A model generated the notes under the pieces. That model was given only the letters and a program-made list of their open reading frames with translations. It had not been told where the DNA came from and made no database searches. Made by a program: the position numbers and the translations under genes. This document shows, in pieces, positions 47,485-57,543 of a stretch of DNA of 64,000 bases. The stretch is from positions 1,536,001 through 1,600,000 of the forward strand of contig OY969814.1 in the NCBI GenBank assembly GCA_963703345.1. The letters are read 5' to 3'. This stretch comes from an uncultured Chloroflexia bacterium. Lineage in GTDB: Bacteria; Chloroflexota; Dehalococcoidia; DSTF01; JALHUB01. Position 1 is the first letter of the stretch. The number at the start of each line of letters is the position of its first letter.

Positions 47485-48660
47485 ATGAAGCCGCGAGCCA
47501 TTGCCGATAGGGTGCTGGCGCTTGGCGCCGTCGACTGGGATAGGCGCCTCTTCGATTCCCTGATACCGCTCCCCGACGGCACCAGCTACAACGCGTACCT
47601 CGTCCAGGGCAGCGAGAAGACGGCCCTTCTCGACACCGTCGACCCCACGAAGAGGGAAGAGCTGCTCGCTCAGCTCGACGGCCTGCCACCAGTCGACCTC
47701 GTCGTCTCCCACCACGCCGAGCAGGACCACTCCGGCGTCATTCCGAACGTGCTGGCGCGCTATCCCGCCGCCAGGCTCGTCGCCTCGACGAAAGCGAAGG
47801 GCATTCTGCTCGACCTCCTGGAGTTGCCGGAGGAGCGAATAATCACCGTCGAGGACGGCGAAGAGCTGTCCCTGGGCGACAGGACACTCCGCTTTCACTA
47901 CATGCCCTGGGTCCACTGGCCGGAGACGATGGTCACCTATTTGCCGCAGGACCGCATCCTCTTCACCTGCGACCTCTTCGGCTCGCACCTCGCGACGTCC
48001 GACCTCTACGCCGACGAAGCCGCCGTCTACGAGCCCGCCAAGCGCTACTACGCCGAGATCATGATGCCGTTCCGGCGCGCCATCGCCAAGCACCTCGAGA
48101 AGGTGCGCGAGATCGACCCGGCGATCATCGCGCCCAGCCACGGCCCCATCTACAAGCGGCCCGCCTTCATCGTCGACGCCTACGACGACTGGGTGTCCGC
48201 ACCGCCGAAGAACAGGGTAGTGCTTCCTTACATAACGATGCACGGCAGCACCGGCCGCATGGTCGACCACCTCGTCGCGGCGCTGGTGGAACGGGGTGTC
48301 GGCGTGGAGCAGTTCAACCTCGTGGCGACCGATATCGGCAAGCTCGCCGTCTCCCTCGTCGATGCCGCGACAATCGTCGTCGCCACCCCCACAGTCCTCG
48401 GCGGCCCTCACCCGACGCTCCTCAGCGCCGTCCACCTGGCCGCGGCGCTCAACCCCAAGCTGCGCTTCGCCGCCGTCATCGGCTCCTACGGCTGGGGCGG
48501 CAAGGCCGTAGAGCGCATAGCGGAGGTCATCTCGCGCGCCGACATCGAGATACTCGACCCCGTTCTCTGCAAAGGGCTGCCTCGCGACGCCGATTTCGCC
48601 GCTCTGGATAGCCTCGCCGAAACGATAGCGACCCGGCACCATTCGTTGGGTTTGAGCTGA
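47485..48660 (+). CDS. fprA: Flavodiiron protein (FprA/NorV-like)
   Basis: [22 protein letters not shown]; flavodoxin domain with GSYGW. Confidence 0.93.
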   Translation: MKPRAIADRVLALGAVDWDRRLFDSLIPLPDGTSYNAYLVQGSEKTALLDTVDPTKREELLAQLDGLPPVDLVVSHHAEQDHSGVIPNVLARYPAARLVASTKAKGILLDLLELPEERIITVEDGEELSLGDRTLRFHYMPWVHWPETMVTYLPQDRILFTCDLFGSHLATSDLYADEAAVYEPAKRYYAEIMMPFRRAIAKHLEKVREIDPAIIAPSHGPIYKRPAFIVDAYDDWVSAPPKNRVVLPYITMHGSTGRMVDHLVAALVERGVGVEQFNLVATDIGKLAVSLVDAATIVVATPTVLGGPHPTLLSAVHLAAALNPKLRFAAVIGSYGWGGKAVERIAEVISRADIEILDPVLCKGLPRDADFAALDSLAETIATRHHSLGLS

Positions 48661-48698
48661 CGGCGTGGATGACACCGCGCCGCGAAAGGAGACAGGAC

Positions 48699-49928
48699 AT
48701 GGAAAGCCTACTGACTGACGACCAGCGCAAGCTGCGCGATGAGGTCCGCGACTTCGTCAAGAGCGTCCCGCGACAGCTCCTCCTCGACATGGACGCCGGC
48801 GTCGCGCCCTATCCAAAGCAGTTCCTTGAAGAGGCCGGCCGGCGCAACCTGCTCGGACTGCGCTTTCCCAAACAGTACGGCGGCCGTGGCCTCGGCTGGC
48901 GGGACGAGATCGTCGCCCTCGAAGAGATCGGCGTTCTCAGCACCAGCCTGCCCTGCCTCTACAGCCTCGTCAGCATCGTCGGTGAGGCGCTGACGCGTTT
49001 CGGCACGCCGCAGCAGAACGAGCGCTGGCTGCGACCCGCCCTCGCCGGAGACCTCGCCGTGGCGGAAGCCCTCACCGAGCCCCGCGGCGGCTCCGACTTC
49101 TTCGGCGCGGCCACCCGCGCCCGTCGCGACGGCGATTGCTGGCTCCTGAGCGGTCAGAAGCGCTTCATCGTCGGCGCGGAAGGGGCCGACTACTTTTTCG
49201 CCTACGCCCGCACCTCAGAGACTAATCCTCCGCACGAGTCCATCAGCTCCTTCATCGTCGAGCGAGGGCCCGGCATCGAAGTCCAGCACGTCTACGGCCT
49301 CCTGGGCATGCGCGGCGGCGGCACCGGCCGCGTCTACTTCCGCGACGCCCGCGTCCCCATCGAAAACCTCGTCGGGCCGGAGAACGGCGGCGCCATCGTC
49401 TTCAACCAGATGATGATCCCGGAGCGAATGACCAGCGCCGGTGGCGCTCTCGGCATGGCCCGCGCCGGCCTCGAGATAGCCGCCCGCTACGCCGACCAGC
49501 GCAAAGCCTTCGGACAGAAGATCCGCCGCTTCGAAGGCGTCAGCTTCAAGATCGCCGACAGCCTCACCCAGCTCGACGCCGCCCGCGCCCTCGCCTACGC
49601 CGCCGCTCACGCCATCGATAGCAACGACGAGCCGGGACGCGTCCGGCGCCTCGTCTCCGAGGCCAAGAAGTTCGCTACCGACACCTCATGGAAGGTCATC
49701 AACGACGCCATGCAGGTGATGGGAGGCATCGGCTACACCAACGTCTACCCGATCGAGCGCCTGCTCCGCGACGCCCGCCTGCTCATGATCTGGACCGGCA
49801 CCAACGAGATCATGAACCTGCTCATCCAGCACGAGTACTACAACGAGTTGGGCCGTCCCTCGACCGCCCGCGACGTCGAAGCCGACGCCGCCGGCTGGGA
49901 CCTCCCCGACGAGAAGGTCTACGAATAA
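48699..49928 (+). CDS. Acyl-CoA dehydrogenase
   Basis: [34 protein letters not shown]. Confidence 0.93.
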   Translation: MESLLTDDQRKLRDEVRDFVKSVPRQLLLDMDAGVAPYPKQFLEEAGRRNLLGLRFPKQYGGRGLGWRDEIVALEEIGVLSTSLPCLYSLVSIVGEALTRFGTPQQNERWLRPALAGDLAVAEALTEPRGGSDFFGAATRARRDGDCWLLSGQKRFIVGAEGADYFFAYARTSETNPPHESISSFIVERGPGIEVQHVYGLLGMRGGGTGRVYFRDARVPIENLVGPENGGAIVFNQMMIPERMTSAGGALGMARAGLEIAARYADQRKAFGQKIRRFEGVSFKIADSLTQLDAARALAYAAAHAIDSNDEPGRVRRLVSEAKKFATDTSWKVINDAMQVMGGIGYTNVYPIERLLRDARLLMIWTGTNEIMNLLIQHEYYNELGRPSTARDVEADAAGWDLPDEKVYE

Positions 49929-49943
49929 CGGGGGATGTTCGGA

Positions 49944-50798
49944 CTACCCCGGCTGCGGCGAGCACCCCGGCACAAATCGCGCCCGACGGTGCGCCGCCTC
50001 GTTTACCATATGGAACAGCAGCGCCAGGCTCGCCAGGGCAATACCGCCGCTACCCAGTTCGATGCCGACGGCCTCGATGGCCGTCGGTCCGGTCTGACTA
50101 TTGAAGATGTCCCAGAAGGCGTGGAACAGCACTGCCGCCGCGAACGCCGCGACCACCGGGAGATTGATGACGCGCCTACCCGCCTTCTCGCGCTCCCGCC
50201 ATAGCACGGCGCACACCAGCCCCGTCCAGGCGCCGTGACCCGCCGGCGAAAGCAGCCCCCGCACGATCAGCGTTACCTCCACGTTCCCTATCCCGTTCGA
50301 GCCCTGGGCCGCCGCAAAGCCATATCCGATCGTCTCCAGCGCCGCGAATCCCATTCCCGCCGCCACGCCGAAGATCAGCCCGTCCGCCTGCGAGCAGTAG
50401 CGTCCATGAAAGTAGATGCCCAGCGGAACGATCAGCTTGGCGCTCTCCTCGATTATGCCCACGCCGAACATCTGCGCCGCGCCCAGACTTCGCAGCGTCG
50501 CATACTCCAGCACCGCCGCAACCGAAACGCCGAGCGCGCCTCCCCAGAGAAAACACATCCCGACCACGCTGGTCGGAATGTCGCGGCCCGGCTCCCGCTC
50601 GAACACGAACGAAACGAACGCCATCGGCACGACGAAGGCGCCCACGAGTATAACGGTCGGGATGTAAGATGGATTGTTGGTTCCCCTGACCAGCACCGTT
50701 AGCACCAGGAACAGCGCGGTCCCGCCGACGAGAAGGCGAAAAGAATTGCGCCTGTAGATCGGAATGGAGCGATTTGGTGGCGTCATCGGGCTTTCCAT
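49944..50798 (-). CDS. prsW: PrsW family intramembrane protease
   Basis: EESAK, GFAALET, RGLLSP.GH, H..WD motifs. Confidence 0.88.
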   Translation of the reverse strand: MESPMTPPNRSIPIYRRNSFRLLVGGTALFLVLTVLVRGTNNPSYIPTVILVGAFVVPMAFVSFVFEREPGRDIPTSVVGMCFLWGGALGVSVAAVLEYATLRSLGAAQMFGVGIIEESAKLIVPLGIYFHGRYCSQADGLIFGVAAGMGFAALETIGYGFAAAQGSNGIGNVEVTLIVRGLLSPAGHGAWTGLVCAVLWREREKAGRRVINLPVVAAFAAAVLFHAFWDIFNSQTGPTAIEAVGIELGSGGIALASLALLFHMVNEAAHRRARFVPGCSPQPG

Positions 50799-50928
50799 CC
50801 GCCCCCTCCATCCGAGTGGCGAGCCGGAAGGCCCTGATAGTCCCCGAAAGGGAGCTTCGTCCGGTTCCCTCCGTACCTAAATTATACCATCTCGGCCCGC
50901 CCCGATTCGCATGCTATAATTCTGGTAG

Positions 50929-51558
50929 ATGGAGGCGTTCGACATCTCGGTGCCGCTGCGGCCGGGGATGATCACCTACCCCGGCGACGCTCCCCTGCGG
51001 GTCGAACGTTCCCAGGCGATAGCCCGCGGCGATGCCTACAACCTCACCTGGCTCCAACTCGGCGCTCATGCCGGCACCCACGTCGACGCGCCCCTCCACT
51101 TCATCGAAGGCGCCTCCGACGTCACCGCTCTTTCGCTGGGCGCCCTCATCGGCCCTGCCCACGTCATCGACGCCACAACCGTAACCGCCGATATCGACGC
51201 CGTCACCCTGGAGCGCCTCGACATACCGGTTCACGCGCGCCGGCTTCTGTTCAAGACGCCGAATTCCCGTCTCTGGGACCGGCCCGACTTCAGCGCCGAC
51301 TTCCTCGGCCTCACCGCCGACGCCGCCCGTCTTCTGGTCGCGCGCGGAACGGACCTCGTGGCCATGGACTATCTGTCGATAGCGCCCGCGTCTGACCCGG
51401 CTCCCACGCACCAGGTCCTCCTCGAAGCCGGCGTCGTCATCCTCGAGGGCGTCGATCTGCGGCACGTGCCGCCCGGGCCCTACGACCTCGTCTGCCTGCC
51501 GCTGCTCGTTCCCGGCAGCGACGGCGCTCCCGCCCGCGCCGTCCTCCTGCGGAACTAA
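50929..51558 (+). CDS. Cyclase family hydrolase (kynurenine formamidase-like)
   Basis: HAGTHVDAPLHF, ILEG, DGAPARA. Confidence 0.9.
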   Translation: MEAFDISVPLRPGMITYPGDAPLRVERSQAIARGDAYNLTWLQLGAHAGTHVDAPLHFIEGASDVTALSLGALIGPAHVIDATTVTADIDAVTLERLDIPVHARRLLFKTPNSRLWDRPDFSADFLGLTADAARLLVARGTDLVAMDYLSIAPASDPAPTHQVLLEAGVVILEGVDLRHVPPGPYDLVCLPLLVPGSDGAPARAVLLRN

Positions 51559-51563
51559 GCGAC

Positions 51564-51639
51564 CCGATCCCGCGCGCTCGACATAACAAGCGGCCGCTGC
51601 GTTTCCTTCCGACCCACGGGAGAAGGCGCAACGGCCGTC
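51564..51639. repeat. 76-bp direct repeat, copy A (hairpin-containing)
   Basis: 72/76 identical to 53375-53450. Confidence 0.9.
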
Positions 51640-51874
51640 AATTGTGGCTGTCACGTCCATAGCATACCAATGGTGATATGCCGGCATTGACGTGCCCCGC
51701 GAACCCCCTTGACGCGGCGCTGCGGCGCGCGTAGGGTTCGACTCAGACCAGTCGCCGTAGAGTCAGCCGGCAGGGCGAGCCAGGTTGACGAACGGCAAAG
51801 GAGCAGCCACACGGCGGATTCAGAGGCGGCCTACCCGATCTTCCAGTATCGTTCTCAAGAAAGGGGCACACAAG

Positions 51875-53245
51875 ATGAAGAGGTTACTCAAGCATTGGCC
51901 GTTGTTCTCACTAGGGGTTTTCGCCGTCGTCGCGCTCTCTGTAGCGGCCTGCGGCGGAAGCAGCAACAACAACGGCACCGCCACCCCGAAGGCGGGAGCA
52001 ACGCCGGCAGCGGCCGAAACGAAAGTCGCCATCCCTGCCGGCGTCGAGACCAACGGAGTCACTGACACGGAGATCAAGCTCGGCACTATCCAGCCATTGA
52101 GCAATACGACTGCGGCTGCCTGGGGGATACCGATCCGCAATGGTATGCAGGCCTACTTCGATTGGGTCAACGACAACGGTGGCATCTACGGCCGAAAGCT
52201 GACCCTGGACGTCGGCGACAGCCAGTACACGGGGCCCGTTGCCAGCGAGGTGACGCGAAAGCTCGTCGAGCAAGACAAAGTGTTCGCCATGATAGGAGGG
52301 CTGGGGACAGACGCGGAAGGCGCCGTCTACCAGTACCTGCAGGAACAGGCTGTCCCCGATATGTTCCTCCTCACCGGCGAGACTATGTTTACGGATCCGA
52401 TCGCCTCAACACGCTATGGCTGGCTCGTCAACTACTTGGATGAGGGCCAAATCCTCGGCCAGTACATCGGCAAGACCTACCCTGGCAAGAAGCTCGGCAT
52501 TCTCGCTCAGAATGATGACTTTGGGAAGCAGGGCGAGCAGGGCGTCAAGAACGGCATCCAAGGCGCCAACATGACGGTAGCCGACACGCAGTACTACGAT
52601 CCCACCCAGACCGACGTTACCGCCCAAATGCAGCGCCTCAAGGCCGACAACGTTGACGTCATCGCCTTCTACGGGATGCCGGCGCAGGCGGCCGGCGGGA
52701 TCAGTACCGCGCGCACGACGTTGAGTTGGAATGTGCCGTTCATCATTACCGGTGTGGACGCAGCCCAGATCGTCGGCGCGCTCGCCGGCTACGCCAACAT
52801 CGCCGGGACAGTGACCGTTTCGTACGGCTATCAGTCCGACCAAACCGAGATCCCGGGCGTCGCTAAGTACCAGGAAATCTATACCAAGTACATCTCGGGC
52901 GCAAAGCCCGACAGCATCAGCGAATCCTCCTACGCCCTCGCCGAGGCCATGGTCCACGTACTGATAATGGCTGGGCCTGATCTCACGCGCTCCAGTTTCC
53001 TGGCCGCCGCGGAGTCCGTCTGCAAGTTCAACGGAAGCACCGGGTTCAATGAGGTGAGCACCTCCCCCTCGGACCACCGCTGGAACGAGTCGGAGTTGTT
53101 CGTGAAAGCTACCGGGTCTGACGCGAGTACGTTCAGATGGGCGCCCTTCGGGGATCCGATCCTCCGCGATACCACGAAGAGCTGCACGCCCAAGACGCCT
53201 CCTGCCGACGCGACCAAGCAGCCACAGACAGGAACAGGAGGGTAA
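51875..53245 (+). CDS. ABC transporter substrate-binding lipoprotein (LivJ-like, PBP1)
   Basis: VAAC lipobox, GVTDTEIKLG, NGGIYGRK, QNDDFG. Confidence 0.88.
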   Translation: MKRLLKHWPLFSLGVFAVVALSVAACGGSSNNNGTATPKAGATPAAAETKVAIPAGVETNGVTDTEIKLGTIQPLSNTTAAAWGIPIRNGMQAYFDWVNDNGGIYGRKLTLDVGDSQYTGPVASEVTRKLVEQDKVFAMIGGLGTDAEGAVYQYLQEQAVPDMFLLTGETMFTDPIASTRYGWLVNYLDEGQILGQYIGKTYPGKKLGILAQNDDFGKQGEQGVKNGIQGANMTVADTQYYDPTQTDVTAQMQRLKADNVDVIAFYGMPAQAAGGISTARTTLSWNVPFIITGVDAAQIVGALAGYANIAGTVTVSYGYQSDQTEIPGVAKYQEIYTKYISGAKPDSISESSYALAEAMVHVLIMAGPDLTRSSFLAAAESVCKFNGSTGFNEVSTSPSDHRWNESELFVKATGSDASTFRWAPFGDPILRDTTKSCTPKTPPADATKQPQTGTGG

Positions 53246-53374
53246 TAGGGCAACACTACGACCGTCCTGGCGGCCTTCAAGCAAGACACCGCCGTCTACC
53301 CGGCCACGACCGCCGAAGAAGGGCTCGCGCTCGGAGCGGAGGCGCTACGACGCCGCAAGGCCGCCTAACCCACG

Positions 53375-53450
53375 CCGATCCCGCACGCTCGACATAACAA
53401 GCGGCCGCTGCGTTTCCTCCCGACCCGCAGGAGAAGGCGCAACGGCCGTC
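53375..53450. repeat. 76-bp direct repeat, copy B (terminator-like hairpin downstream of the att copy)
   Basis: Matches 51564-51639; its arms are related to the hairpin at 57116-57150. Confidence 0.9.
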
Positions 53451-53458
53451 CACTGTCG

Positions 53459-53486
53459 TTGGTGGAGACGGGGGAGAATTGAACTC
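53459..53486 (-). repeat. att-like duplicate of the tmRNA 3' end
   Basis: 28 nt TTGGTGGAGACGGGGGAGAATTGAACTC identical to 57158-57185. Confidence 0.92.
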
Positions 53487-53577
53487 GTCTCAAGCCCGTC
53501 TGTAGGGGTCGCTAGGCGTCGCTTTTGAATCTAAAACGCCCCTTCGCCGTCGCTCCCCGTCGCCCTTCATAGCCCCC

Positions 53578-53603
53578 GCTGGCTGTCAAAGCTGGCTGTC
53601 AAA
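53578..53603. repeat. Tandem GCTGGCTGTCAAA x2 (integrase arm-type site candidate)
   Basis: Perfect 13-mer tandem about 90 nt inside the att copy. Confidence 0.65.
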
Positions 53604-53659
53604 CTCTGTCGCGTGCGACTAGCGATAGAGACGGGCATTGACGCGCCCGGCGGACGCCG

Positions 53660-54013
53660 CTACTGCACGATCACCGTCCCAGTCATGAACCGGTTAAGCG
53701 AGCAATGGTAGGTGAAGGTGCCCGCCGTCTGGAACGTGTGCGAGAAGGTGTCGCCCAACAGGTTGCCGCTAGCGAAGCTGCCGTCGTCGGCGGTCACGGT
53801 GTGCGTCGACGGGCCGTTGTTCGTCCAGGTGACGGTATCGCCGACCTTGATGGTAACAGTCGCCGGCGTGAACTCGAAGTCTTTAATCGTTACGGACGCG
53901 GTGCCCGGTGTCGTAGTGCTTTTCTTGGAACTACCACAGGCCATCGTCGAAAGGCTTCCGACGACAAGCGCAATTAATAGCGCGATCAAGCCAGCACGGG
54001 TTTTGCAGGACAT
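53660..54013 (-). CDS. Cupredoxin (amicyanin/plastocyanin-like) lipoprotein
   Basis: MACG lipobox, GDTVTWTN..STHTV, TYHC...M.G; AAGGAG SD. Confidence 0.85.
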   Translation of the reverse strand: MSCKTRAGLIALLIALVVGSLSTMACGSSKKSTTTPGTASVTIKDFEFTPATVTIKVGDTVTWTNNGPSTHTVTADDGSFASGNLLGDTFSHTFQTAGTFTYHCSLNRFMTGTVIVQ

Positions 54014-54345
54014 GAGAACGGTCTCCTTTCCGTCTGTTGGTTCGCGGGCCCGTCCTGACCGCGCGTGTGAAGCAAATTATGTCGTCCAAGGTTAGTGTTG
54101 CACAACCTCCCTGGTGGCGGCGGTCAATAAGCGAGGGTATTCAGCAGCGAACTGCCGATGCGGGAATCATAGCACCGCGCGGGCGCTTGTCAACCTGCAC
54201 GCGAGCAGCCAGATCACAGCATGTTGGCGCTGTGTCAACTATGTCATTCGCTGGACGAGGGCAACGCGCACGCGACAAGTTGACTCACGGGCGTACAATG
54301 TGATTATCCTCGTTACTTGACCCCCGCCAACAGGGAGGTTGTGCG

Positions 54346-56613
54346 ATGCCTGCTCGAACCGTGATGCGACTGCTCCTCATGGTCCTGGCGGCAACGTTGG
54401 CCCTCCCGCTGGTGGTGAGTGTTCTTGCCCGGCGGGGGCCAGCACCCGACGCCCGCGCTGCCGACCGTGGCCCTCCCGTCATTGACACCATCAGAACAGG
54501 CTGGGGTGAGCGGGAGTCCAACGGCGTGGCCGTCAACCCCGACACAAATCTCATCTACTTGACGAACTACGGAGACGGCACGGTATCGGTTATTCAAGAC
54601 GTGCCGAGCCCCACGCCCACGCCAACCGACACGCCAACGCCTACACCGTGTATCCCGCCCGCCAATGACGACTTTGCCAATGGTACTGGCATCGGGGCGG
54701 TACCGTTCGCAACCAGCCTATCTACGATGTGCGCCACGTCGCAGGTGAAGGAGCCCCAGCCCTGTGCCATCATCGGGTTGACCGTGTGGTACAGCTACAC
54801 GCCATCTGAGACCGAGACCCTCCAGGCCGACACTGTAGGGAGCGACTACGACACGGCATTGGCGGTCTACACAGGGACCGATCTGGAGAGCCTGACCAGC
54901 GTGGCCTGCGACGACGATTCGGCGCCCGGGCTGACGTCGCTCATCACGTTCACTGCCGTAGGTGGCACCACCTATCACTTCCAGGTCGGGGGCTTTGCTG
55001 GGAGCGGAGGAGATGTCAGTTTTGGGCTAGCGCCACCAGCGCCCACCCCCATGCCTACCGACACGCCAGTGCCGACGGCGACCTGGACGCCTGCTAGTCC
55101 CACTATCACCTCCACGCCCACGAGCGTAAGGCCGGCCCCGATCGTGCACATCGACTTGACCGTCAACGGCCAGCAGGGGCCGATCACCGTCACCCTGGGC
55201 GACTCTGTTGTTTATCGGTGGGTCCTCACCGCCGAGAAGGGCCTGATGGAGTACGCGTCGGTGCATGATGACACTCACCCGGCCCTAGACGGGAGCCGCG
55301 GGCCCGGTGCTTTTACCTCTTGCGAGCGGACTGCGGTAGTGACGTTGCTGACTCCAGGCCCCGTCATCGACACGGTCAGGGCCTTCGTACAGGGTTTAAC
55401 AACTGGTGGCGACGCAGAGACTTACGCTGAGGACTATGTCAAGGTCAACGTTGTGACGCCTACGCCAACCGACACCCCAACGCCCACCGACACGCCTACG
55501 CCGACGCAGACACCTCCTCCAAATGTTGTCCAGCCACAGGTGATCGCCGTTGTGCCGTTGGACAGCAGTCCTAGATACCTGGCGATTGACGACAACACCA
55601 ACCGCATCTGGGTGGGCAACTCAGGCAGTGGCGGCAACGTCTGGGCGATTGATGGGGTGACCAACACCGTAGTGGCAACCGCGCCTGCGGGCGTCTTCCC
55701 CATGGGCGTGGCTGTGAACCCCAACACCAACCGCATCTACGTGGCCGACTATACATGGGGTGGCAACAGAGTCTGGGTCATCGATGGGGCGACCAACTCC
55801 GTAGTGGCGACCGTGTGGGTGGGCACCGACCCCTGGGGCGTTGCTGTAAATCCCAATACCAACCGCATCTACGTGGCCAATCTGGGCAGCTACAACGTCT
55901 CGGTGATCGATGGGGCGACCAACTCGGTAGTGGCGACCGTGCCGGTGGGCAATTATCCCTACGGGATTGATGTTGACCCCAAGACCAACCGCGTCTACGT
56001 GGCGAACACCGCGAGCAAGACCGTCTCGGTGATCGACGCGTCCAGCGACTTCTATTGGACAGCGACCGTGCCCGTGGACCAGAGCCCGTATGGCGTTGCC
56101 GTAAACCCCGACACCAACCGCATCTACTTGAGCGGCTCAGACCAGATGCAGAACAATGTCTTAGTCTCGGTGATGGATGGGGCCACGAACACCGTAGTGG
56201 CGAACGTGCCGGTGCCTTGGGACGACAGCACCTGGGGCATTGCGGTCAACCCTAGCACCAACCGTGTCTACCTGACCGGCTCGTATGACGCCACCCGCAA
56301 CGATGTCCTGGTGATCGATGGGGCGACCAACTCCCTTGTGGCGACCTGGCCCGTGGGCCATTCGCCCTTCGGCGTTGCCGTCAACCCCAAAAACAACCGC
56401 ATCTACGTGGCCGAGCAAGGCGACAACACCGTACGAGTAATCCAGGACTCCCCCGTGCCCGGTCCCGTTGGCGGCATCGCAGAAGCTCCGGATACTGTGA
56501 TACCAGTCAAGACCTCGCGGGATGTGCCGTATGGCGCTTTTGCTGGGGTTGCGGCCGTCATTGTCGTGCTGGCGGCATGCGGCTTGTACTCCAGGAGGCG
56601 CTGGCTGCGGTAG
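54346..56613 (+). CDS. Modular surface protein: PPC-like domain, Ig-like domain, YVTN/YncE beta-propeller, C-terminal TM anchor
   Basis: Signal peptide, PANDDF, TPTPTD linkers, repeated GVAVNP.TNRIYV...VSVIDGATN, PVGGIAE+TM+RRR. Confidence 0.88.
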   Translation: MPARTVMRLLLMVLAATLALPLVVSVLARRGPAPDARAADRGPPVIDTIRTGWGERESNGVAVNPDTNLIYLTNYGDGTVSVIQDVPSPTPTPTDTPTPTPCIPPANDDFANGTGIGAVPFATSLSTMCATSQVKEPQPCAIIGLTVWYSYTPSETETLQADTVGSDYDTALAVYTGTDLESLTSVACDDDSAPGLTSLITFTAVGGTTYHFQVGGFAGSGGDVSFGLAPPAPTPMPTDTPVPTATWTPASPTITSTPTSVRPAPIVHIDLTVNGQQGPITVTLGDSVVYRWVLTAEKGLMEYASVHDDTHPALDGSRGPGAFTSCERTAVVTLLTPGPVIDTVRAFVQGLTTGGDAETYAEDYVKVNVVTPTPTDTPTPTDTPTPTQTPPPNVVQPQVIAVVPLDSSPRYLAIDDNTNRIWVGNSGSGGNVWAIDGVTNTVVATAPAGVFPMGVAVNPNTNRIYVADYTWGGNRVWVIDGATNSVVATVWVGTDPWGVAVNPNTNRIYVANLGSYNVSVIDGATNSVVATVPVGNYPYGIDVDPKTNRVYVANTASKTVSVIDASSDFYWTATVPVDQSPYGVAVNPDTNRIYLSGSDQMQNNVLVSVMDGATNTVVANVPVPWDDSTWGIAVNPSTNRVYLTGSYDATRNDVLVIDGATNSLVATWPVGHSPFGVAVNPKNNRIYVAEQGDNTVRVIQDSPVPGPVGGIAEAPDTVIPVKTSRDVPYGAFAGVAAVIVVLAACGLYSRRRWLR

Positions 56614-56790
56614 GGCTCGCGGTGCTGGGCGCGATGGGCGGCGTGCTGGCCATCACCGTGGCGGGAACCATGGCGGGCAAGAGGCGGGGCGGACAGCAGT
56701 AGCGTGGCCCCCACCCGTGACGCATGAGGGGAAAGCCCAATATACACGAAACAATCCGGTGCTTATGATGGGCAAGAAGGTAGGCCGGCG

Positions 56791-57033
56791 ATGATCGCCC
56801 CAGATCACTATGCCGACCCAGTGGACGATTGGATGCTGTGCGAACGGTGCCACGAGCGCCCTGCTGCATGGTTTGTGAGTCCCGGCACCGATGCTGGAGT
56901 CTATACATACTGCGATCGGTGTATGCCGGCGCGCTGGCGGGCTTGGGCCCAGCCCTACACGCCCTGGCGCAACCAAGACATTGAGAAGTGGGCCGAGACG
57001 CTTCGGCGCGGCATTCAGGAGGACAGCGGGTAG
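56791..57033 (+). CDS. Small putative Zn-finger protein
   Basis: CERC...CDRC; purine-rich SD region. Confidence 0.5.
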   Translation: MIAPDHYADPVDDWMLCERCHERPAAWFVSPGTDAGVYTYCDRCMPARWRAWAQPYTPWRNQDIEKWAETLRRGIQEDSG

Positions 57034-57158
57034 GCGCAGCTCGCCGTCCACGGTGCGCAACGAAGCGCCGCATCGCAAGCAGAGCCGCCGCCTAATTCGT
57101 CGGATCAGATAAGAGGCGGCCGCTGCGCCCATCCCGGCGCAACGGCCGTCGTTTTCAT

Positions 57159-57511
57159 TGGTGGAGACGGGGGAGAATTGAACTCCCCGTCCAGAAGAAG
57201 AACGTCCTGAGTCTCCTACAAGCTTAGCCGGCTATTTGATGTCGCGAGACGGGCTCCTGCCGACCGGATACCGCCCCGCCAGTCGATGAGTCTTTAGCTA
57301 CCCTTATCGACGTCCGGGCCACTGCACTCCGGCATTGCGTCGCCGCTTCCCAGCCCACCGGAGCGAGGCCAAGAGCGACGTAGTCGCCGTGTTTAGGCGA
57401 CTAGGGCAAACTCACGTTCGCCAGTTGTTTTTTGCCACCTGATTTTCGAGGGTGATGGCACCTCGGCTTGCAACTCAGACCCGTCGTTCCCTGTCGAGCC
57501 CTTTCGTCCCC
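57159..57511 (-). ncRNA. ssrA: tmRNA, tag (A)GEREFALVA*
   Basis: GGGGACG/CGTCTCC-ACCA acceptor stem with G3.U, TTCAATT T loop, tag ORF, TATAAT just upstream, adjacent to smpB. Confidence 0.96.
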
Positions 57512-57543
57512 GCACGCATTATACCGTATCCGGAGAGCCTTGC

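Larger units (their letters stand above)
53459..57185. mobile_element. ssrA-integrated genomic island remnant (about 3.7 kb, no integrase)
   Basis: Bounded by the tmRNA 3'-end duplication; tandem arm-like sites at 53578-53603; accessory cargo. Confidence 0.8.

Noticed and set aside
53459-53530. Possible tRNA gene
   Set aside because: Only the tmRNA 3' fragment; no D or anticodon arm.
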